Below, piece by piece: positions 7,715 through 16,162 of a stretch of 64,000 nt of DNA. Numbering within the stretch: position 1 is the first letter of the stretch; every line of letters starts with the position of its first letter. The translations under genes were made by a program, and so were the position numbers. The notes below the pieces were generated by a model. That model worked only from the letters and a program-made list of their open reading frames with translations, had not been told where the DNA came from and made no database searches. The DNA lies in the NCBI GenBank assembly GCA_018015315.1, contig GCA_018015315.1_3629.1; one strand, given 5' to 3'. The DNA is from a phage.

Positions 7715-8166
7715 TTTTGAAAATCCATTTCCGAAAACGAAAAATCGATTTCGTTCCCAAAAATTTCAGATCGATCGCCAGACCAATTTCCAGAAAATCC
7801 GATTCAGAAAACGAAAAACAGATCGAGTACTGAGAAATTTATCGAGAAAAATTTTCAGAAAATCCAAGCCCTGAAATGAAAAGTAGATCGAGTACCTGGA
7901 AAGCTGCACCGCAACTTCAAGATAGTGGTTAGATTGTTACCATAGAAGGTCAAGGGTAAGTGGAGGAAGTTCTAGTAGAGAGAGGTTAGCATGTGTGGGA
8001 AATCTATAATGGTGGCCTGGAATATGGTGCAAACGATAGGATGAGTTATTCAGCTTGTCGCGCCTACTCTGAAAAATCCATTTTAGTTTTCGATCCATTT
8101 TCTGATTTTCTAAGAATTTTAAAATATCCGGCCCGGTGAAATATCAAAAGGAGGAAATCCATTTTA
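7715..8166 (+). repeat. array of degenerate direct repeats with core GAAAATCC(A)
   Basis: Core at about 7719, 7793, 7858, 8072, 8153; three units share ...GAAAAnnGATCGAGTAC; two distal units share GAAATCCATTTTAG; no convincing ORF. Confidence 0.6.
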
Positions 8167-8207
8167 GAAATCCCCCTTATACTTGATATGCCAGGAATTT
8201 TCAAGTA

Positions 8208-8537
8208 TCAGCTGTCTTTGTTTTTAGGTTTGTACATGCGCAGAGGTATGGTCTTTGTAACATTCCATTTCCTCAACCCTTCCCAGCTCCAGTTGTGGGC
8301 GTGATACCCGGTTATGCATGCACTGCTGGCGTGATCATAAGCATAAGAGAACGCTATGTGCACCAGGTGGGGCCAGTCCTTCCACGGCTGTGGACCGTAA
8401 GCCTTTCTCCAACACCGACACAAACTAATTGTCTCAAGAATAGGGAGAATAACAATTCCATATACCACCACCAGAATGGTCAGTGCAATGATTGTCAGGA
8501 ACACATACCCTGCAGTTGAAATGATGATCTCTGTCAT
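8208..8537 (-). CDS. integral membrane protein (109 aa)
   Basis: ORF track; hydrophobic stretch YVFLTIIALTILVVVYGIVILPIL. Confidence 0.5.
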   Translation of the reverse strand: MTEIIISTAGYVFLTIIALTILVVVYGIVILPILETISLCRCWRKAYGPQPWKDWPHLVHIAFSYAYDHASSACITGYHAHNWSWEGLRKWNVTKTIPLRMYKPKNKDS

Positions 8538-8737
8538 TTGTCGTCCCCTTTCTTACGAATATAGATGTGAGAGCCTGCCTGTATATAAATTTCTCGACCA
8601 TCCTCTGCAAAGATATGAAATACACGATCACCTTCGTACTCGATACTAGATATCTTCATAATGGTCTTTCCACCTGGGATACGGATCTCGTCCCCCACAG
8701 CGATGTTCCATGCAGATTTAAGCTTAAACATCTGCAC
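8534..8737 (-). CDS. hypothetical protein (67 aa)
   Basis: ORF track; 4-nt overlap with next gene. Confidence 0.45.
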   Translation of the reverse strand: MQMFKLKSAWNIAVGDEIRIPGGKTIMKISSIEYEGDRVFHIFAEDGREIYIQAGSHIYIRKKGDDK

Positions 8738-8969
8738 CCTCCTTTGGGAACTTGAATTCTGGCATAGCCGTATACGCTACAACAGGGTTGTGATCAAAGT
8801 AGAACTGACCGTTAATTATCCCGGTTTTGTCCACATAGTTACCAGATCCTGCAAGAACAACCTCGCAAGCTCCGAAATCCACATTGCCATTCTCATCTGC
8901 CATGGCTACAATATACTTTCCTAGAGGCATGTTTTTAACGCCGTCTACAAATGTCCACCCTTTGTTCAT
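8724..8969 (-). CDS. hypothetical protein (81 aa)
   Basis: ORF track. Confidence 0.5.
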   Translation of the reverse strand: MNKGWTFVDGVKNMPLGKYIVAMADENGNVDFGACEVVLAGSGNYVDKTGIINGQFYFDHNPVVAYTAMPEFKFPKEGADV

Positions 8970-8990
8970 AACTTTATCTCCTGGACTTTC

Positions 8991-9323
8991 TTAAGGTAAC
9001 CAGTAAACAATTTCGCCTTTCAGTTCCATGTCGTTACCGACATAGATTTTCCAGCCATCCATTTTAGCCACTGCAGGAGTGAAGTCCGAAGAACCACTAA
9101 CCTCTTTCCAAGTCCCGTAGTCAGGTTGCCAGATATAGAATCCACCTTCCTTGTCCCATGCTCCATATACCACATCGAGCAGGTTGCCCATTGCAACAAT
9201 AGTAGGCCGTGGGAACAATGCATCTACAGATGCGCCACAATATCTAGTATCTTTTAAATTGCACTCCCAAAAGATGTCTGCCAGTGTGGCGGCGATAGCT
9301 TTACGTCTTTCTAATGTTACCAT
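8991..9323 (-). CDS. hypothetical protein (110 aa)
   Basis: ORF track. Confidence 0.5.
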   Translation of the reverse strand: MVTLERRKAIAATLADIFWECNLKDTRYCGASVDALFPRPTIVAMGNLLDVVYGAWDKEGGFYIWQPDYGTWKEVSGSSDFTPAVAKMDGWKIYVGNDMELKGEIVYWLP

Positions 9324-9330
9324 ATCATAC

Positions 9331-9522
9331 TCACTTGTTGTTAATAAGTTCTAAAACTTTCTGTCTTACTTTGTCAAGGTCTGTGGATTCAAAAACTGTA
9401 CGATATCCCCAACTTTGCCCATAGGAGTGACTGCAATCCCCGTAGCACCATTGCTCAATTTGATAGTATTCAAGGAACGGGTGCTGTCTAACTATGATAC
9501 CATCCCGGTTAAAAATTACCAT
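9331..9522 (-). CDS. hypothetical protein (63 aa)
   Basis: ORF track; promoter 9554-9581 upstream. Confidence 0.45.
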   Translation of the reverse strand: MVIFNRDGIIVRQHPFLEYYQIEQWCYGDCSHSYGQSWGYRTVFESTDLDKVRQKVLELINNK

Positions 9523-9553
9523 AATACATCACTCTCTGTTAGTTTATGCATAT

Positions 9554-9581
9554 ATTATACACTGCAGTTTTCAGATGTCAA
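9554..9581 (-). promoter_or_regulatory. sigma70-type promoter
   Basis: -35 TTGACA, 16-nt spacer, -10 TATAAT. Confidence 0.55.
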
Positions 9582-9585
9582 TCTT

Positions 9586-9779
9586 TTACAGGTTACTCCA
9601 GTATAATCGGCATTTACATTTTGGGCAATAAGGTTCTTTTATGTAATAACCATCAGTCTTTGGAACACTTTTTGGTGCAGTTTTAAGATTGTACCTAGTA
9701 AAACATCGGAAGCAGGTTACCTCTCCCACCTGTTGATCGTTGATCCACTCACCAGAGTAAAGCTCTTTCTTGTTTCTCA
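9586..9779 (-). CDS. zinc-ribbon-like small protein (about 64 aa)
   Basis: ORF 9586..9837 trimmed to MRNKKELYSG (SD GGGAGAG); Cys pairs CFRC and CPKCKC. Confidence 0.45.
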
Positions 9780-9806
9780 TAATTCTCTCCCAAATCCTCT
9801 GCAATC

Positions 9807-9977
9807 TTATACCAAAATCTCCAGCCAGAAAGCACACGGGAACACTTTGAGGATTGAATCTTTACTTGGCTCGGAAGTTCTTTTTCCGTATGGTAGGTAG
9901 AAATACCCTCCTGCAGATTCTAACACAGCCCCTTCGGTTGTATCTATCACAGCCAGAATTAAGATTTTAGTCTCCAT
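9807..9977 (-). CDS. hypothetical small protein (56 aa)
   Basis: Hand-translated METKILILAVIDTTEGAVLESAGGYFYLPYGKRTSEPSKDSILKVFPCAFWLEILV; SD GAGGGAG; promoter 10006-10034 upstream. Confidence 0.3.
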   Translation of the reverse strand: METKILILAVIDTTEGAVLESAGGYFYLPYGKRTSEPSKDSILKVFPCAFWLEILV

Positions 9978-10005
9978 AGTGCTCCCTCTCTCAATAGTTG
10001 TGGTG

Positions 10006-10034
10006 ACTATACCATCTCAAAAACCAGCTGTCAA
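10006..10034 (-). promoter_or_regulatory. sigma70-type promoter
   Basis: -35 TTGACA, 17-nt spacer, -10 TATAGT. Confidence 0.5.
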
Positions 10035-10588
10035 CACTTTTTGTACTCCACCACGATAATATCTATATCAAAAGTGGCAAGGTTAATAACGTCCTCTACG
10101 TGCTCCCACTTCAAACCGCCTATGCCGCACCCGATCTTAGGGATGTAGAATGGTAAAGTCGATCCACTGAATACCTCATTGACTAGCTCAAAGCCTTTCA
10201 GGATTGAGAAATATTCAGCATTAGGTCCTGGGTAGAACTGAGTATACAGATTGATTCCGTAGACAATACCTCTCGGAGATAAGTGCTCCCATCGGGAGAA
10301 CGCACCCAGTTTACTTAGGCAACCATGTCTGGTCTCTTTGTCAGCTGCCAATGCTTGAGGGAACTCACGGGCAATCTGTTTTGCTATCCCCTTGCCCATT
10401 GTGTGGAAGCAGTTACAACCGTGGATCAGGTGACCAGCACCACTCTTAAAAAGGGAGATTAAATCTCCCTCTACAGTATCAATAATCACGGTATGCCAGC
10501 TCCTCTTCCACAATTTCAAAAAACTCATCCCAACCTTGTGGCATATTTGAGTTTCCGAAGTGGCTTTCATAGTAAAGGTTCTCACCAC
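10031..10588 (-). CDS. macro-domain protein, Poa1p-like (ADP-ribose processing family)
   Basis: Motif HLIHGCNCFHTMGKGIAKQIAREFP matches recalled Poa1p-type macro signature H-x-CNC...G-x-GIA...P; C-terminal PKIGCGIGGLKWEHVEDV; true start probably internal because 5' end overlaps upstream ORF. Confidence 0.7.
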   Translation of the reverse strand: MVRTFTMKATSETQICHKVGMSFLKLWKRSWHTVIIDTVEGDLISLFKSGAGHLIHGCNCFHTMGKGIAKQIAREFPQALAADKETRHGCLSKLGAFSRWEHLSPRGIVYGINLYTQFYPGPNAEYFSILKGFELVNEVFSGSTLPFYIPKIGCGIGGLKWEHVEDVINLATFDIDIIVVEYKKC

Positions 10589-10904
10589 TTGGGAGATAGA
10601 AATCTGTTACCTCGTAGAGTCCACAATCGTCGCACTCACCTTCTTCGAACTTGGCCTCAACCTTAATACCTAGGAAGGTGAAAAGTTTATGGATATCTTC
10701 AGTTTCGAACTCCCAGCAGATATTGTTTTCCGCATCGGTGTAGAACTGGATCAGCAGACCATTATCCAGTTTACCAAAATATTCTGTGAAGTAACTACCT
10801 TCCCAGAAATCTTTATGACAAATAATATCCATGCGCTTGCCCATGATAAAGGTGTGGGCGTTTTGGGCATCGTCACGAATCAGTTTTGGCATTTCATAGA
10901 TCAT
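10479..10904 (-). CDS. hypothetical protein (141 aa)
   Basis: ORF track. Confidence 0.5.
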   Translation of the reverse strand: MIYEMPKLIRDDAQNAHTFIMGKRMDIICHKDFWEGSYFTEYFGKLDNGLLIQFYTDAENNICWEFETEDIHKLFTFLGIKVEAKFEEGECDDCGLYEVTDFYLPSGENLYYESHFGNSNMPQGWDEFFEIVEEELAYRDY

Positions 10905-10972
10905 CTTAGTTCTCCGGGTTCAACAGGTGGTGGTGCTACAGGAAGATCATAAAACATAGCTATCACAGTCTC

Positions 10973-11170
10973 TTACACAGGAATTGCTTCAAACAGGCCG
11001 TTATCTATACCGTCCTTCAGATAGAGATTATATTCTATGTCGGTATCTGTATAAAGGGCAGCATCCAGCATTCTATCTGTGAGTCCATCCATTGGGTGGA
11101 GAAACCACCACCCACGCCAGTCAAAGTAACAGCCTGGTGCATCTTCTCTTACACGGATTCGATAAATCAT
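10973..11170 (-). CDS. hypothetical protein (65 aa)
   Basis: ORF track. Confidence 0.45.
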   Translation of the reverse strand: MIYRIRVREDAPGCYFDWRGWWFLHPMDGLTDRMLDAALYTDTDIEYNLYLKDGIDNGLFEAIPV

Positions 11171-11266
11171 GGGCAGTGGCCTCCTGTTAGTTATACATCC
11201 CAGTTTTCTTCGTTCATCACGTCCTCCCGTTCTATGAAGTTATAATTGCACACCTTTCCACCTGTG

Positions 11267-11683
11267 TCAACAGAAAACTTCAACAAACTCTTCCACAGTT
11301 TTAATGTCGTGGGAAAAAGGTTTACGGCTATAACGGGCAATAGCACTATCAACCACCGCCCGGTACTCCAAATCTTCAGAATATTTCATGAAGCATTGCA
11401 GCGTCTCTGGGCAGATAGCTAAATAGCTCCACCACCCTTCTTCAGATTGGTAGTCGAATCCCATACTTTCCAACCATGAAGCATATACTCCTGCACCCTC
11501 AAGCCAGTGAGTATTTTCATCCAGAAACTTGTTAATAGACATGTGAGCTTCTAAGCATTTATCCAGCTCTTTTCCGTTAACCAGCCACGCACTGACCGTG
11601 GCGCATCCAAGGTCTACAGATTGAGTTGACAGGTTGTATTGGTCATAGTTCTCAGGTTTAACAATGATATCTTCTAATGTCAT
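11267..11683 (-). CDS. hypothetical protein (138 aa)
   Basis: ORF track; follows terminator 11702-11731. Confidence 0.55.
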   Translation of the reverse strand: MTLEDIIVKPENYDQYNLSTQSVDLGCATVSAWLVNGKELDKCLEAHMSINKFLDENTHWLEGAGVYASWLESMGFDYQSEEGWWSYLAICPETLQCFMKYSEDLEYRAVVDSAIARYSRKPFSHDIKTVEEFVEVFC

Positions 11684-11701
11684 TTTTTAGATCTCCTTAT
11701 A

Positions 11702-11731
11702 CAAAAATGCCCCACCCTTTCAGGCAGGGCT
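11702..11731 (-). terminator. intrinsic terminator after SSB-like gene
   Basis: GCCCUGCC-UGAAA-GGGUGGGGC (G-U wobbles) then AUUUUUG; near-identical to terminator at 21848-21877. Confidence 0.6.
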
Positions 11732-11745
11732 ATGTTAACTAAATG

Positions 11746-12972
11746 TTAAAATGGGATGTCATCATCAAAGACGTACTGTGCTGGATTCTGATCCATCGGG
11801 TCATCTTCCTCATCATTTACAGGAGGGGCGTCTACAGTGTTTTGCTGTGGAGCGGCTTCCTGTTTGGCAGCTTGAGGTTCTTGATGGTCAGTGGACTCAG
11901 CACCGTTCTTGATCCAATCGTACAACGGCTCAGCCAGATTAGTCAAGACATCTTTTGCTTCTGCAGTAATTGCCACTGCAAAATCATCAACTTTCGTTTT
12001 CTTGTCAATACGGCGACAAGCGTTCAACACCGCATTACCGACACTGGCACCTACTTCATCTTCAGTTCGGTTGGTGGCTTGAGCATACTCTTTCTTAAGC
12101 TCAATAGTGACTACGTGTAGTGTTTTAGCCACTCCTAGCGGGTCGTCTACCTTAAACCCGCGATCCAGGATGATTTGCAACGCATTGATGCTATGCCCCG
12201 TTTCCACACCGATAGGGTCGTAAGAGGATTTACGCTTGCCACCAGAGCCTTGAGTGCCGTTCTCTGCCTTAGGAGGATAGGCCTTGAAACCACTGATAAT
12301 GTTTCCGGTGTCTTTGTCAACAATGGCTGCAACACGACCACCTACCACCAGGTCTTTAAGCTGCTCATCAGTTACAACCATAGCACCTTCGCCAATCTTG
12401 TGGTCATTAACAGTAACCACGTTGCCAACAATCTGGGTCACATCACCATAGATGCGTAAAACGTCCTGATTGGCATTCTGCTGAGGTTTCTGCTTCTGGC
12501 CTTGTGATTGTGCACCTTGTTGCTGTTTTTGCTGCTGAGTCGCTGCTGGAGCCTCTCCTGCACCCAGCTTAACCATCTTAGCCAGTGAGCCCTTGTAATA
12601 GGTCTTACCGTTATGCTCGTTTGCCTTCAAAGGGATATTTACGATCCATCCTGGCGTTACGGTTTCCCACTTGTCATCAATCTTAACAGAGACAGAGTCT
12701 TGATGACCTGGTTTAAGCAGCTTATCACCCATGCTGATCCAGACTTCTTCACCAGCTTGAAGCAGGTTATCAGAGGAATCCAGTTCAGAAATCAGTAAAG
12801 AGATGGTGTGGCTGGATTCAATTTTCTTACCTTGCCACACAGTGGTTTTAATACCTGTTGTAGGATCAGCACCTTTGATAGGCTTGATGCTGACACGTTT
12901 AATCATGCCGTGAGCTAGTAAAACAGTTTCACGCGGATTCATCGGGTTAGCGAATTGTTGAATAACGCTCAT
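11746..12972 (-). CDS. putative ssDNA-binding protein with SSB-type acidic tip DDDIPF
   Basis: C-terminus ...YVFDDDIPF identical to E. coli SSB tip; Gln/Gly-rich linker QQQKQQQGAQSQGQKQKPQQ; SD AAGGAG; N-terminal fold not recognised. Confidence 0.6.
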   Translation of the reverse strand: MSVIQQFANPMNPRETVLLAHGMIKRVSIKPIKGADPTTGIKTTVWQGKKIESSHTISLLISELDSSDNLLQAGEEVWISMGDKLLKPGHQDSVSVKIDDKWETVTPGWIVNIPLKANEHNGKTYYKGSLAKMVKLGAGEAPAATQQQKQQQGAQSQGQKQKPQQNANQDVLRIYGDVTQIVGNVVTVNDHKIGEGAMVVTDEQLKDLVVGGRVAAIVDKDTGNIISGFKAYPPKAENGTQGSGGKRKSSYDPIGVETGHSINALQIILDRGFKVDDPLGVAKTLHVVTIELKKEYAQATNRTEDEVGASVGNAVLNACRRIDKKTKVDDFAVAITAEAKDVLTNLAEPLYDWIKNGAESTDHQEPQAAKQEAAPQQNTVDAPPVNDEEDDPMDQNPAQYVFDDDIPF

Positions 12973-13337
12973 TATTTATCTCCTTGTTCTTCGTTAGTGT
13001 TTGCCGTGTGTGCAAACCCTGCTTGAATTAATTTGTCCTGAACTTGAGCCAACAGGCCCATTGCAAAACTTGTAGTCCCAGAGAGGGCCATCAGCATATC
13101 TCGTTGTTGAGCTACCCAACCTAAGGCATAGTCCAAACGACGATATTTTTCTTCTTCACGCAGAGCCTGGAATAATTGTTCAGCCTCTGGCTGTTGTGTA
13201 AGCTCCTGAAGTCTTCCCATGAAAGAAGAAAGCACTAGCAGAAGAGACACTTGATCTTTACTTAACCCTAAGAAAAATTCTTGAGGTTGTTCTTGCTCGT
13301 TCATCGCAACCGACGTTTGATCGTTCATTTGTTCCAT
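12972..13337 (-). CDS. hypothetical protein (121 aa)
   Basis: ORF track; stop overlaps SSB start (TAATG). Confidence 0.5.
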   Translation of the reverse strand: MEQMNDQTSVAMNEQEQPQEFFLGLSKDQVSLLLVLSSFMGRLQELTQQPEAEQLFQALREEEKYRRLDYALGWVAQQRDMLMALSGTTSFAMGLLAQVQDKLIQAGFAHTANTNEEQGDK

Positions 13338-13420
13338 TATGGAATCTCCGATTTTATTTGAACAACATAGAAGGAGACACTATTTTAGCATCCCCTTCTG
13401 TAAATTACAACAGGTATTTG

Positions 13421-13666
13421 TTAGCCAATCACTTCGAAAGTTCCCCAATTCCCGTCCAGCAGGCAGGTGATCGGATCCCCATCGTCGTCAAAGATTTCAA
13501 AGTTTTCAGCATCCAGGATGTGGCCCTCGAACACAATACTTTCGTCGCCACCACCAGAAATAACAGCGTATTCCTTACCTTGAGTCAAGTTTTGACACCC
13601 TTTGCCACCAAAACCTACTTCAACACAACGTACTTTCTGTCCTGCGCGAGCAACTGCTTCAGCCAT
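13421..13666 (-). CDS. hypothetical protein (81 aa)
   Basis: ORF track. Confidence 0.45.
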   Translation of the reverse strand: MAEAVARAGQKVRCVEVGFGGKGCQNLTQGKEYAVISGGGDESIVFEGHILDAENFEIFDDDGDPITCLLDGNWGTFEVIG

Positions 13667-13683
13667 CTTAAGGTCTCCTGATA

Positions 13684-14004
13684 TTAATCGTTAAGTTCAA
13701 AATAGATTTTAACAGCTTCATCGAAGATTGGAATCCCGATGTTGTTGATAAGCTGCCAAACTACCATATCTTTACCTGGATCTGGGAGAATGTCAACCTT
13801 TCTCCATGCGCTGTATACCCAGTTCGGACCGCCTTCTGCACTAACTGGCAGATTTTCACCAGCTTCCTGTAGATACTTATACAGCAAAAGATATTCTGGA
13901 TACTCTAGAACACTGTCCTCTGTAGTATATAGCAGTTCACGGTATACTTTTAAGAACCCTGCTGGGGTAATGTTTTCAGTCTTCATTTGCCGCTTCTCCT
14001 GCAT
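13684..14004 (-). CDS. hypothetical protein (106 aa)
   Basis: ORF track. Confidence 0.5.
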   Translation of the reverse strand: MQEKRQMKTENITPAGFLKVYRELLYTTEDSVLEYPEYLLLYKYLQEAGENLPVSAEGGPNWVYSAWRKVDILPDPGKDMVVWQLINNIGIPIFDEAVKIYFELND

Positions 14005-14368
14005 TCATCAGATCTGCCATAGCGTCACCAACGAAGAGGACAACCACATCGTTGACAGCGTCAGCATCATCTTTGTTGACGTTGCTGAATTTAGGACACA
14101 CAGCAATGATCATGTAAACACCATTACCAACCTGAACTGTCCGTGTGGTGCACATCATGGCGGTATTTGTACCTTCTTTGAAAGCGAAGCCTTGAAGACG
14201 CTCCTCCAAAGTGTTACCGGTAGATTTCAGAAGCGCCAGCTCGTCCAAGGCATAGATAATATCTCCGGAAGTTAGTGTTGCCTTGCCATCAGACACCATA
14301 ATCACTCCATCAGCGCCATCAAGCTTAGAGGCTTCAAAGATATCAATATCCCAAATATTTTTCATCAC
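13976..14368 (-). CDS. hypothetical protein (130 aa)
   Basis: ORF track; overlaps neighbours by a few codons. Confidence 0.5.
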   Translation of the reverse strand: MMKNIWDIDIFEASKLDGADGVIMVSDGKATLTSGDIIYALDELALLKSTGNTLEERLQGFAFKEGTNTAMMCTTRTVQVGNGVYMIIAVCPKFSNVNKDDADAVNDVVVLFVGDAMADLMNAGEAANED

Positions 14369-14637
14369 GCTTCCTCATCATCTAAGTAATCATCAAGAGA
14401 GGTGAAGATTTCACCGAAGTATTCTAAGATTTCTAGCTCACGTGTGGTGCAGCAAACATAATCGCCTTGGTCGTCCTTAATAGTGGCCTCTTTACCCAGA
14501 ATATCTACTTCAAGTTCATCGTTCAACAGGACGGCCCCTGTGTAAACTTTGTCAGCTGTACAGTCACGAAAAGCAGAGTCCTTCTCCAGATAGTCTGGCT
14601 TAACCTTGGCTTTAATTCGTTGGTATTGTTTGGTCAT
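14365..14637 (-). CDS. small paralog A of tandem pair (about 90 aa)
   Basis: ORF 14365..14697 trimmed to MTKQYQRIKAK (SD AAAGGGGA); shares AFRDCT...KDDQGDYVCCT pattern with 14701..14955. Confidence 0.5.
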   Translation of the reverse strand: MTKQYQRIKAKVKPDYLEKDSAFRDCTADKVYTGAVLLNDELEVDILGKEATIKDDQGDYVCCTTRELEILEYFGEIFTSLDDYLDDEEA

Positions 14638-14668
14638 TGCTGTGGTCCCCTTTCGTTTTGATAGGACC

Positions 14669-14697
14669 ATTGTATTAGGTCCTATCACTGTTGTCAA
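14669..14697 (-). promoter_or_regulatory. sigma70-type promoter
   Basis: -35 TTGACA, 17-nt spacer, -10 TACAAT. Confidence 0.5.
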
Positions 14698-14700
14698 GTA

Positions 14701-14955
14701 TTAATGTTCAGTTTTTACAAAAACTACTTCGTTAACAGTGCACCAGACAGAGTCTCCTTCATCATCTTTAAAGGTAAGGCACTGTGCTGAGTTTTCCAGC
14801 TCATCAAGCTCTTCTTGTGATAGAGGGGCCCCTTCTTCCAAAAGGGCTTTTACCAAAGGGTTATCACAAAACTCTGCTTCATAAATAGCGCCAAGTGTGC
14901 AATCTTTAAAAGCTCGGTCGTTTGCAACGCATTCTGGTTTCAACATGATTTTCAT
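14701..14955 (-). CDS. small paralog B of tandem pair (84 aa)
   Basis: ORF track; AFKDCT...KDDEGDSVWCT pattern; promoter 15007-15035 upstream. Confidence 0.5.
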   Translation of the reverse strand: MKIMLKPECVANDRAFKDCTLGAIYEAEFCDNPLVKALLEEGAPLSQEELDELENSAQCLTFKDDEGDSVWCTVNEVVFVKTEH

Positions 14956-15006
14956 CTTGGAGGTCTCCTTAATTATTTAACAATCAATGCTCTGTTTGTG
15001 GGAAGT

Positions 15007-15035
15007 ATCTTACATCTAACCTTACTTCTTGTCAA
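15007..15035 (-). promoter_or_regulatory. sigma70-type promoter
   Basis: -35 TTGACA, 17-nt spacer, -10 TAAGAT. Confidence 0.45.
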
Positions 15036-15430
15036 CGACTATTTTCAATCATCCACCAAGGATCAAGGTAGGTTTGTTGACTTTTTGCCCACTGGCAAAC
15101 ATCTTCGTACATCTGAACTTCGTTTTCAGTCAGTTCGCGAATAGGCTCATCTATACCCTCATTTTTGTGGTAATCCCAGCTGGCATCGATTTCCCATAGC
15201 CACGGTTTGTTATTTCCACGTTTACGCACACAGAAGTCACCAGGACGGCCTGCCAATGCATTTAAGAACTCGTTCTCCGCTCGCTCCTGAAGAATACTAA
15301 GGAGCAAAACGTTGGAGCATGACCGTAAAATATGCTTCAGCTCGCAGTCATCAATCTCAACTTCAATACGTTGTTTGACTGTGTGGGTACCTTTTACTAA
15401 CATCCTACCTCCTCTAAACGAACTCTGCAA
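15032..15430 (-). CDS. hypothetical protein (132 aa)
   Basis: ORF track. Confidence 0.5.
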   Translation of the reverse strand: MQSSFRGGRMLVKGTHTVKQRIEVEIDDCELKHILRSCSNVLLLSILQERAENEFLNALAGRPGDFCVRKRGNNKPWLWEIDASWDYHKNEGIDEPIRELTENEVQMYEDVCQWAKSQQTYLDPWWMIENSR

Positions 15431-15608
15431 GAGTTGTGTTGTTCACTGCACCGCAGTAAATGGAGTATCCCAGCCCATTAGAGTGCAGAAACCACGGCGT
15501 GCCGAAATTATCTTTCACGTAGACATCGCCGTTGTTTGTAAAGGGCCAATATTCTTCACCAAGGGTAAAATACCTATTCATACCTTCAGCAAGATACTTT
15601 ACTTTCAT
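15414..15608 (-). CDS. hypothetical protein (64 aa)
   Basis: ORF track. Confidence 0.4.
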   Translation of the reverse strand: MKVKYLAEGMNRYFTLGEEYWPFTNNGDVYVKDNFGTPWFLHSNGLGYSIYCGAVNNTTLAEFV

Positions 15609-15832
15609 AGGTCCTCTTCGACAGCTACAAACTTGGCAAGCAAAGTGGTTCCGTAGATATGATACTCACCGTTTGCCAGGTGAGAGATATACCAGGCAAC
15701 CCCTTCCTCGTCTTTAATCATTTTGTTTGCACGAGCTTTATCGTAATAAACCTCGTAGGTCTTTCCTTCTTTAAAGAATGACAGGTCTGTCATCTTTTCT
15801 TCTACAAAGGTAGCTTTAACCAAAGTCGTCAT
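15605..15832 (-). CDS. hypothetical protein (75 aa)
   Basis: ORF track. Confidence 0.45.
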   Translation of the reverse strand: MTTLVKATFVEEKMTDLSFFKEGKTYEVYYDKARANKMIKDEEGVAWYISHLANGEYHIYGTTLLAKFVAVEEDL

Positions 15833-16113
15833 TGATCGGTCTCCTTCTTGTTAAGTCTGAATACTGCAATAATAGCATTCCCAAGGTGCAGTGTCAAGTC
15901 ATTTCCAAGATACCACAGCATCCCACGGTCATCTTTAATGAAAGGGTAACAATCTGGTGCCTTCCAGACATTGTACACTTTCCCAACCTGAAAGAAATCA
16001 GGCCCTGTTGGGATTTTGGTGCCAGGCCACACTTGAGATACCTGAACACACTCCACCTGCATAATAACAGGAATAGTCATGGATGTAAATGTTTTTGTTG
16101 GTTCTACTACCAT
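15829..16113 (-). CDS. hypothetical protein (about 94 aa)
   Basis: ORF 15829..16203 trimmed to MVVEPTKTF after SD AGAGGAGA, avoiding overlap with polymerase 3' end. Confidence 0.5.
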   Translation of the reverse strand: MVVEPTKTFTSMTIPVIMQVECVQVSQVWPGTKIPTGPDFFQVGKVYNVWKAPDCYPFIKDDRGMLWYLGNDLTLHLGNAIIAVFRLNKKETDQ

Positions 16114-16162
16114 AAAAGTCTCCTCTTTGCTTAACAGCACCTCCCTGTGCTGATAGTTTACA

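Noticed and set aside
7665-7874. 69-aa plus-strand ORF over the GAAAATCC repeats
   Set aside because: Lys/Arg/Phe-rich product generated by the direct repeats themselves; no SD; treated as non-coding.
7180-8207. tRNA genes in the non-coding island
   Set aside because: No T-loop GTTCGAAT-like or D-loop patterns and no cloverleaf-compatible segments were seen by eye; a tRNA scan would be needed to be certain.
13739-14275. 178-aa plus-strand ORF
   Set aside because: Antisense to three contiguous minus-strand genes in a uniformly minus-strand block; no promoter or SD.
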